NCBI GenBank assembly: GCA_002633005.1
Contig: NMRA01000021.1
Coordinates: forward strand, 1,625,146 to 1,689,145
Length of the DNA: 64,000 nucleotides
Source: Phoronis australis
Taxonomy: Eukaryota; Animalia; Phoronida
Direction: 5' to 3'
Part shown: one piece after another, positions 51,301-60,450 of the stretch
How the letters are laid out: every line of letters starts with the position of its first letter
How positions within the stretch are numbered: the first letter of the stretch is position 1
Notes under the pieces: generated by a model
Database searches by the model: none
The model's input: only the letters and a program-made list of their open reading frames with translations
What the model was told of the DNA's origin: nothing
Program-made: the position numbers and the translations under genes

Positions 51301-52088
51301 AAAGACCAAGCACGAGACCAGGACTCCGGCAAAGCAATATGTATACTATTCCAGCCTCCATCAGCCAAGCCTTCAGAAGATCAACGATATTAACTTGTAT
51401 TGACAACTGGAATTCCTTACCATTCAAAATAAAAGAAAGCACTTCAATCGTCACTCTCAAAAATAACTTTAAAATGCATACTACTACTCCAGACTTGCCA
51501 GTCCCATTGACATCATTTCAACTTCCCCGCAACCATGAAATAACCCTATACAGATCAAGATGTGGTCTATTCCTAAACAACGAGAAATTTAGACATAATT
51601 TTAATAATATTTCGCCTCTGTGTTCCTGTGGAGATACCCAGACCTATCCTCATGGTTTCTTTGCTTGTGAGGTATGCAAGGAGGAGAGGGTACAGCTCTT
51701 CCAGGCACTCGAACAATACCCAAATGTTTTTAAAAAATATGAAATTCCGCAATTATACAACAAAATTAATTTCTTTCTATATGGATGTCAAGAACTTAAC
51801 TCAAACGAAAATAAGGTTTTATTTGAATTAGTATCAGAATTTCTTTATAACATTAAATCTCTTTGTGTGAGTGGATAGAATTTTATACATCTGTATGAAA
51901 ATGAATTATTTTCATTCGTTGTCATATATCATTGTATTCTTAACATCAGTTTTTTTATTTATATATTCGTATATAATCATTGTATATAGACTTCTTTGTA
52001 TTTTTTTACCTAGATCTAATGCCTCTTGGCGCTTTCTGGGTTATGTATATTCATTGTATTCTGAAGATTTCGTAATAAACATTAAAAA
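48316..52088 (+). mobile_element. Near-full-length CR1/L2-group non-LTR retrotransposon (2A-like peptide, APE endonuclease, RT, C-terminal Cys/His knuckle), inactivated
   Basis: NINSI and IAICES (APE), [65 protein letters not shown]; several stops and frameshifts; AATAAA + A-tail; TSD AACCTTG at 48309-48315 and 52089-52095. Confidence 0.95.
48615..48638 (+). other. 2A-like (StopGo) motif DIEVNPGP
   Basis: GAC ATA GAG GTC AAT CCA GGA CCA, preceded by QSLLTAG; exact D(V/I)ExNPGP consensus immediately before the APE domain. Confidence 0.88.
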
Positions 52089-53230
52089 AACCTTGGTCTC
52101 GTTCTCAATGAATTCCTCCTGAGCAACGTTACGAAATTTTTATGTACCGTTTATCAATATTGTTGCTTCTGATTTCCATACATGAATCTGTACATATTTT
52201 TGTTTTTATATATTCGTAATAGCAGATCTAAATGTTGGACTACTTATATTAGATACTATACTTAAATGTAAATACCTCTATGTAAATTAGTTTTAATTAT
52301 GAATTGTTTACAACCCAGATATAATGCTTCGCGATTTCTGGGTTTTTCATTATTTCTTTGTATGTTCTGTGTATTCTTCAATAAACATATTTCACTTAAA
52401 AACCATGGTACACGCAAGAGACCATTCCTGCTCACCCTAGGAGATATATACGTAATGCCATCTGGTGGGCGCAGTGTTAAAAATGGCGAGTTACCGATCG
52501 TGGGAACTGAACGAGGGACTGCTCGGAGAAAAAGTTTGATAACGGGAGTATTTATTCGAGTTGGAAGGAATTAAATACATCGACGTCATCTATGCGCAAA
52601 AGGTATGTTATAACAATATGACTTTGATGTTTTAGTCAGTACGAGGCATAATTCGCTGAAAAGCTTCTATTATTCTTCGTCGGTGCCAGTTGAGACAATG
52701 ATCATTGTATAATTGTACCGGAAGCTTTTCGGCGAATTATGCCTCAAACTGACTAAACCATCAAAGTCACGTTGCTATGAGTACCTTTTGCCGTCAATGT
52801 CTTTAATTCTTTCCAACTCGAACAACTCCCGTAATCAAATTTTTTCCGGTCAGTCCTTTGTTCGGTTGCCCAAACCGGCAACTGGCCACTTTTACACCGC
52901 TCGCGCCGGGAGGTACGACGTTCGAGTTGGAAGGAATTAAAGACATCTACGGCATCCTAAGCCTAAGGAGTCACCATATGCACAAAAGCTACTTTATGGC
53001 AACAAGACTTTGATGGTGTGAGGGATAATTCGCCGACAAGCTTTCGGCGTACAAGATATATCAGGGGTTAGGCCGTGTCCTCACCTATAGTATCAGGTGA
53101 GACGCCCGCGCCAAGGCCGATGCGATGGCCGAGAGCCCCGTGCCCTTGGAAGTTAACATACCAGCTGCACTTTGACGTTGTCGTTAGACTTCAAACAGCT
53201 ATTTGACTGATTAAATTGAGCATAGCTTAC

Positions 53231-53259
53231 CAATAGATGACATAGATTTTCACAACCAT
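53231..53259 (-). CDS. SELENOW: SELENOW exon 1, duplicate copy C (MVVKIYVIY[C]); functional status unknown
   Basis: aaaATG GTT GTG AAA ATC TAT GTC ATC TAT TG|gtaagc; no other SELENOW exons nearby; one substitution relative to copy B. Confidence 0.7.
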
Positions 53260-56200
53260 TTTTACCTGACCAGCCTGATGACACTGATGTCCACAATTGA
53301 CAGCAAAGAGGAATGGGGGCAAATAAGTGCTGATTCACCAAGCAGTCATACGTGAATTTGGAATCCTCAGTCAACTCGAGTTTACGCGCTCGGTCGCCTA
53401 GAACAGCTAGCCCTGGAATGCCAACTTCGATCTCGAGGTTGCACCGCGCATGCGTGACATTCTTTTGTATTCATTTGTTCCAGTGAAGGTTGCTGCTGTG
53501 GATTTTACTGTCTCTTATCCTTTTAGCAACTCCGCCGTTTTTCAACCAAATTGCGTAAGAGTCATATCACCAGAAAGCCATTCATGATATATGATTATAC
53601 CAGTAGCGAACGATAAATAATTAATTCACAAATAATTATTATTTCGCATATTTGTGACACTGAGGCTTAAACTCAGTGAAAACCATTCTAGTGTAACCAA
53701 AATGCAACAAATAACAACGTATAATAGAAACATCAAAAGAAAATGAACCAGGGAGGTTTTATAGATGGCTAACTAAACAAGCGCACGGAAATAAGTGTAA
53801 TGATTCAAAATATTTCTACCCTATGAGGACAATTTTGCTGTGAAGAATTTAGGCATTCATCCAAAAGTATACATCTTTATACATTAACTGGACCTTTAGT
53901 GCCGATTGATACAGTTTTTCAGTAACAATTCAAAAGACAGTGACATTTACAAAAAATGTGAGGAATTGATCTACCTGAAATTTGAAGATGAAGGCTTTCT
54001 GACGGACTCAGTAAAAATCTATTGTGTANTTTTCGCAACTCCGCCGTTTTTCAACCAAATTGAGTAAGAGTCATATCATCAGAAAGCCATTTAGGATGTA
54101 TGTAGCAAACGATAAATAATTCAATTCACAAATAATTATTATTTCGCATACTTGTGACACTGAGGTTTAACTTAAACTAGAATGGTTTTCACTGAGTTTG
54201 AAACTCAGTGAAAACCATTCTAGTGTAACCAAAATGCAGCAAATAACAACAAAAGAAAATGAACCAGGGAGGTTTTATAGATGGCTAACTAAATAAGCGC
54301 CAAAATAAATGCACTGATTCAAAAGATTTCTACCCTATCAGGACAAATTTTTAGAATGTGGAACCTTCAAAGTTGCTGTGAAGAATTTAGTCAGGCATTC
54401 ATCCAAAAGTATACATCTTTATACATTAACCGGACCTTTAGTGCCGATTGATACAGTTTTTCAGTAACAATTCAAAAGACAGTGACATTTACAAAAAAAT
54501 GTGAGGAATTAATCTACCTGAAATTTGAAGATGAAGGCTTTCTGACGGACTCAGCAAAAATCTATTGTGGAGGTTTGAAGTGTACTGTGGATAGATCGTT
54601 ACCTAGGTTGCAGTGTAGAACTTTCCATAATATTTTATAAACAAACCAATTTCTTCAGAATATAAATATTAGACATCTTGATACATGCAACGTGTGTTAC
54701 CGAAAACAAGAGCCTACATTGGAACACATTTTCACGATAGTTATGTTACTAAAATGTGCACTCTGGAAAATAACAATATTCATGACAATGAAACAATGTA
54801 ATTCTGAACACCTGTCGCATAGTTTTTTGCTTATTAAGTCGAATGGGAAGTTACGGGTACCTCAAAAACCCTTCAAACACGGGTTCCATTTTTTCTTTTT
54901 AGTCAAACCGGCAATTACAGCTGTGTATATGATAGTTCAATTTAACAGTGTGCCGAAAAGCGGGACATTTTGATAGTGTGGCGGGATAGTGGCAAAAAAT
55001 CAAAAAAGTGTTGTAGTCCACCAAGAGTGGATAAATTGGCAAGTACGATGTCAGTAACACAAAGTATTGGACTGAATTCTTTTATAAGATGAATTTTGAT
55101 TTTTTAAAGCTGGTTTCACGGTTCAGATAGCATTCACTGCTCAGAAATCGAATGAACAATAAGTATCTGGGCAACATTGCACAAATAAAATATACAATTG
55201 AAAACAGTAATATTATTTTACATGCACACGCACACACACACACGCGCACACACACACAAACTCACACACTCACACACACACGCGCGCGCGAGCACCCACG
55301 CACACGCACACTCACAAACACGTAGCTACGCAATTGCGAGTTGTTTTTGGAAGTTATGTTAACGCACCTGTTAGTAGAGATAAAGCTTTTCAATTTATAA
55401 TTGGCTATCGCCAGGATTTTGAGTGATGGCTTACCTGAGCATTTAGAACGCAGCGTTATTGACACACCTTCGTTTCCAAGCCGCCATTTTACCTGACAAA
55501 CATCACGATGTCGGGTAAAACTTATTTTTTGTTAGTCAACATTACGCAAGGGGGCAAAACAAACACTTAGAAACCAATTCGTAAATGTCAAACCTTTCAG
55601 TAAAGTACAGTAGCATTTTTTTAACCCAAAAAAATGTTTGTTGAAAAACTCTTTGCATGCAGTTTGGCAGGTTGTCTGGCGAAAGTGGTTCTAATGTTGG
55701 AGATGAAAAGATATCAGAGGCCAGACTATTTCCGGTATCCGATGGCCGGCCAGGGCCCAGACACGGCCGGTCGGTGCGTGTAAAGAATGACCAATGTAAT
55801 TTCCGGGTTGCAAACTCTAATAAATTACGTTGGTCACGTGCGGGAGTTGGCATTTCAGAGTAGAGTTCAGTAACGCTAAGACATACGATAGGCAAATTGG
55901 GCAAAAAGGTCCGCCTCAGTGAAATAAAAGTCCAAGTCTCATGAAACGAGACAAAAGTCCGCAAAATCCCACGGGAAGTCGGCACGGATGCACAATTCGT
56001 GAGCCTGAACCTAGTGGCTTTCTTTCCATTCCAGTTCCTCCGTAGTATAACCTGTCCAGGCCACCAGAGCTTTGTTTTTGGGACACCTTACGTCACACAT
56101 TGCGCATATATAATTGTGAGCGTACATGTAACAGGAGGTCTGCTTTGTTGGTTTAGCCTTTATGAGTAATATCAGGAAGATATTATTAGGAAGGGTCAAG

Positions 56201-56742
56201 TGGCAAATCAACGATTTTGGCTATTTCTGCGAAACAAATTGCATAATTTTTGTTCTATGACATGCGTTTATCTCGTAACTGTGCTTTGAAAATGTTGACT
56301 CCAACGCACGCTATGCGCTCCTGGGAATGCCGTCTATGTATAGATAGCGCTGAAGTCAAATATAGTCTCGAGTACACCGCGTTACCGCTTCAGCAGCCTG
56401 TGGTCTCATGCAATGAGATACATATTTATCTCACTGTACGCGCATAGACCTGTAGGAATGGAATGCCAACTCCCACGCGTGATTCGTGCATTCTAGTGTT
56501 AGAGCTTAAAGAGGAAATTGCAAGGTCCAAACCAATCTGAACAACAATATGGTCTAAATTCTAGTTTATAGTTATCATTGCTATATTCTTAACATTAACT
56601 GAATTGAACACCGCTATACAAAGTTATTTACATATTTAGTGCCGTGGTGCTGTAACGCCATCGTTGTAACGGAGAATAGAAACCGCGCCATTTTCGTTCG
56701 TTACACATCTGTGACGTGGTGTTTGGGAACACAAAGGAAGCA

Positions 56743-58386
56743 ATGTGTGTCCAAGTGAGTACAGCAGCGTAGATGAGGAATACTTTGAACGATACAGGGA
56801 CGGACAGGTGAACTTTTCAGATGATTCCGACCTTTCGGATGTGGAGGTAGAGGTAACAGATCCCAGAGGAACAATATGTGTTCACAGCTTTTCTGTAGTG
56901 GAGCCATTCTCCCTCGATCCCTTTCACGGCCCTTTCTCTGGTCGCCGAAGGTTCGTCCTGTGAACGTCAACAGGCTGAAGGTGCGCAGGAGTTGCGATTA
57001 GATGTTAGTGATTGGTAAGAATATTATCAATATGTATCCTACAACCGCGAATTATAACTTGGTCTTTTTTAATTCAAAAGTAGGTGCTTTACCAGTCAGT
57101 CCCAGGCGCCCATATCCCCATTGGTGAATCGTGTTTCAGCCGTGGAAAAATACCAGTTTTAGTGATAAAACTGGGATTTTTTTGCATTATAGCAAATCAC
57201 TCAAAAAGTGCTAGATCTCTGATTATTTGTAGACAGTGTGGCTCAGTGGTTTGAGCTAGTGAGACTCAGGTTCGAATCCTGGCTTTCACTGGCATGCAAT
57301 TGAGCATTGAACAAAATTATCTCTTACTTCTCCGAGACTGAGCGGGGTGTTACTAGTGAGTGAATAAATGTATGCAAGCTAGGGAATGAATGAGAACCAC
57401 TTTGGAATAATCGACTGTGAATTGTAAAGAAAAGGATGAAAGAATTGCAATTTTATAATTTAGACTTTTTCACCTTGGTGCTGGGGGAGGGCATAATTCT
57501 ATAGGGATATCAAGAAGTTTTAATGTATACTGTAATATTTAAAATATGGGCGACCCTTTGAGTGGCAACACTGCTTTTCAAGTTGGTTTGCCCCATTGTC
57601 ATTGTCTAGTTTGATTAATGGTATGTGGGTGCCGACAGGATTCAGATTGGGAGAACAGGTCTCACGACTACATACAAAACAGTCCCCTCCCATCAATGAA
57701 TCAGGGCAACTACCTTTTGTCTTAGGGTCAGCTAAAAAATCAAACAACTGATGTCCATTACTATACCCCTGGCATGATCTACCACTGCCTTGTGTGTAGC
57801 ACTATTCATTTGTATGAAAAGTAAATATCTTTACTATATATGATCAATTTGTACAAAAAATAAATAGGTTGTGATGTTCCAACCAATTTTCCTGAAAACT
57901 GAAGTCGTATGCAGACCCCTCAATTTGGTAGAGGCACTCTTGGTAAATTTTTCAATTCGAAATTTTGATGTTTACTGAAATAATGTATTATTGTTGACAC
58001 AGTCTTGCAGGTGCACCTGGGGCAACTTTCAGACAACCTCAGTTGTTGAAGAAAGAGTATGTTGCCAAGAGATTGACAAGGTTGTTGCAAAACTTGATGA
58101 AGAAAAAATGTATTGTGGAGCATGGGGGTTTGAACCTGTATACATCAATCGTGGTGTTTTAAAGACTGCATGGTTGCAGTACAAAAGTCAATATCCTGAT
58201 GGCTATGACAGACGCTTGGATAAAAGGATTTGACACGTGGCCTACAGACAGTTCCAAAGATGGGTACACGGTCACTTAGGACGAGCAGTCCGTGTTGTCA
58301 TTCCAGCATGCGCAGTAGCCTGCATCAGGGCTTTCTACCCTCCGCCAGGAAATGAGGAAGACTTTGAGTTCCAAGGATGTTCTTAA
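56743..58386 (+). pseudogene. Decayed two-exon P2X7-cytoplasmic-domain-like (KolX/Nanor-like) gene of a Kolobok transposon
   Basis: Acidic exon 1 ending RLDVSD(W) at GAT TG|gtaaga (57014); exon 2 from ttgcag|G (58011): WCTWGNFQTTSVVEERVCCQEID...FEPVYINRGVLKTAW...KRI*HVAYRQFQRWVHGHLGRAVRVVIPACAVACIRAFYP...EFQG. In-frame TGA at 58231 and frameshifts in exon 1; TTAA|AGAGG terminus at ~56506-56514. Confidence 0.82.
57231..57400 (+). mobile_element. tRNA-derived SINE in the KolX intron
   Basis: A box TGGCTCAGTGG and B box GGTTCGAATCC (57269-57279); same family as 8091-8275. Confidence 0.75.
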
Positions 58387-60344
58387 AAGTTTCACTCATT
58401 TATAGATATCAACAGTTGTCTTAGCCCTGGAATGCCAACTCCTCCACATGACCTATGTATCCTATTATAAAAACTTGTGACTCGGGTACTAGTTTTATGT
58501 AATTCAAACGAGTTGCAAACAGTTGTAGTGACAAATTCCATAGAAAGATCAAACATCGTAATAAACGAATGCAATCGCAGTGCAACCTCAGCGGCATGAA
58601 ATTGTAGTTGACATTCCATGAATAGACTTCTGTGGTTTCAGAATTGTAAATAATTAACACAGCAAGCAGCATTTATTGATGCTCATCAATCTGGTTACTT
58701 ATAATAACATGGTCACGACAAGTGTAATTTAGCTAGGACTACATTATAAACCTCTAAACTCAACATCAGTTAAACTTATGGTTTACCTAGGTAAACAGAG
58801 AAATTTGTCTCATTGGAGCCCAGTTTGTGTGCTTGAAGCGAACAGATTGAACAGTATGACTGTTACATAAAGTTTTGAATCTGGGCCATAGTCTGAAGTC
58901 GAGACTGAATCTTCTGCCCTCTTCTTATACAGTAGAACTCTCTAAATTGGTAGCGCTTCAGTGGGAACTTTAGAAAGGTTAGCATTAATTCCGTACTAAC
59001 GCCTCCAAATAACTCTAACTTTTGATGAAATATCTCAGTCTCACTGGATACAACTTAGCGAGTTCTACTGTAATTCAATGAGAAATCAAATAACACGACA
59101 CATCAACCACTGAATCTCAACCCAAAAGCTCCAGTATGCAATAGCTTTAGATGTCTATGACATGGTGTTAAAACACAAAAAGTATGCACATGAGTAGGAA
59201 TTGGGAAATCTGGAGGGAGTGCTTATACCACTCACTCAAAAATTCCCAAGACAATGTTCGAATTCCGTGCAAGTGATTATGCTGTGTACAATTTAGATGA
59301 GATTGTCGCACGAAAAGACTGACGACCCAAACAAGTTCCTTTTCACCCCCACTTAAGTAAGTCTTCCTTTACCGACCCACTGTATTTGACAGTAACAGTT
59401 TAGTGCAAATCAAATATACTTAAAAAAGCTATGCCGCAATATCATAGTCATTGTATTGAAGAACCATTGAAATGTTTCCAGGTGCGGAGCCAGGACTTTT
59501 GCCCGTCAGACATTCGCACCCCCAAACAGTCAAATGGAATCTGGGAGAATTTTTGGGAGGGCATGGCCCCCTCTAAATCTGCCACTAGTTTCAATATAAG
59601 AACATAGTATATCACTGGGTTTATCTATACAAATGGGACAGCCAAATACCACACACAAAAGCTTTTCACAATTTCCACTACTGGTACTATAAACACTCTG
59701 GCATTGCTATCTGTACCACTATCAAAAATTTGATCTAAAACATTGGTAGTGACTGTTAAATATGTGACGGAAAGAAATTCCAGTGCTGTCCATTGACAAA
59801 GCACCAAGTCTGAATTTATCTATGCCACGGCATCCTCCTTGGACACATCTGGAGCACCAGCAGTCGGCATTGGAGGGGCATCAATTTCTAAGCGAATTTC
59901 AAAATCTCCAGCTTCTCTTTTGTTCCGCACTAAGTGGAAGGTGTTCTCCTTTCATTTACATACTCTGAAAAGCACAACACGATGATATCTAATTGCAAGT
60001 TTTCGCCTTCTTTGATAACCTTCAAGCAAATGCCAAAACTAGATTTTAATCCTGTTTTTTTTGAAACAGACTACTTTAATAATCAAAACCTTGGAATTGA
60101 GTTACCATCCTGTTTTACTTTATTCATAGTCAACATTCTTTTCAAAATACATGCATCTTTTGAGATCATCTTTATTTGTTGTGGCTTTTAGTTTTACTGA
60201 TCCATTTATAACAAAATCTTTCACGGAAAAAAACAGATTTTAAACACTTGAGAACTACTGTGATTGTGAAAAAAGATTGTTATTGTTCAGGCACTGCAAA
60301 AGCGTCATGAATTATTAGACATCAAAATTCTCAAGATAACTTAC

Positions 60345-60450
60345 CTTTTTATAAGACCAGCTTCAACCTTCATGATGTGTTTGTCGTCAAAGCAGCCGTC
60401 CTCAAAATGGTCGGAGCATATTTCGACTCCGACAGATGGCTGACTCGACA
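60345..60450 (-). mobile_element. THAP-domain exon remnant, probably from a Kolobok transposase convergent with KolX
   Basis: SQPSVGVEICSDHFEDGCFDDKHIMKVEAGLIK|gtaagt; CxxHF..xCF is the THAP signature; N-terminal CxxxxC part not found. Confidence 0.55.

Larger units (their letters stand above)
47470..52401 (+). mobile_element. Older 5'-truncated CR1/L2-group LINE (47470-48315 + 52096-52401), host of a nested insertion
   Basis: HRHLG..LLDEKLSF, KSFVLPYIDYCDIIYQSAN, SPNCKCGDHQSYPHIFFKC; reading frame continues across the nested element (LLLNGIPNL|GLVLNEFLLSNVTKFL); TSD ACCATG(A/G)TACAC at 47458-47469 and 52402-52413. Confidence 0.88.
47417..52430 (+). pseudogene. GPCR paralogue 3 pseudogene: only codons 1-23 survive, split by nested LINEs
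   Basis: 47417-47469 encodes MAVMNFTNTSETQIP*Y (paralogue 2: MAVMNYTNTSETQTPWY); resumes 52403-52429 PWYTQETIP, identical to 34380-34406; upstream ~45700-46140 and 47339-47416 homologous to ~33820-34337. Confidence 0.92.

Noticed and set aside
58231-58233. In-frame TGA in the Cys-rich KolX-like ORF as a possible Sec codon
   Set aside because: The position corresponds to the Arg of the R..AYRQF motif (CGA>TGA CpG decay), other lesions are present, and no SECIS was seen downstream.
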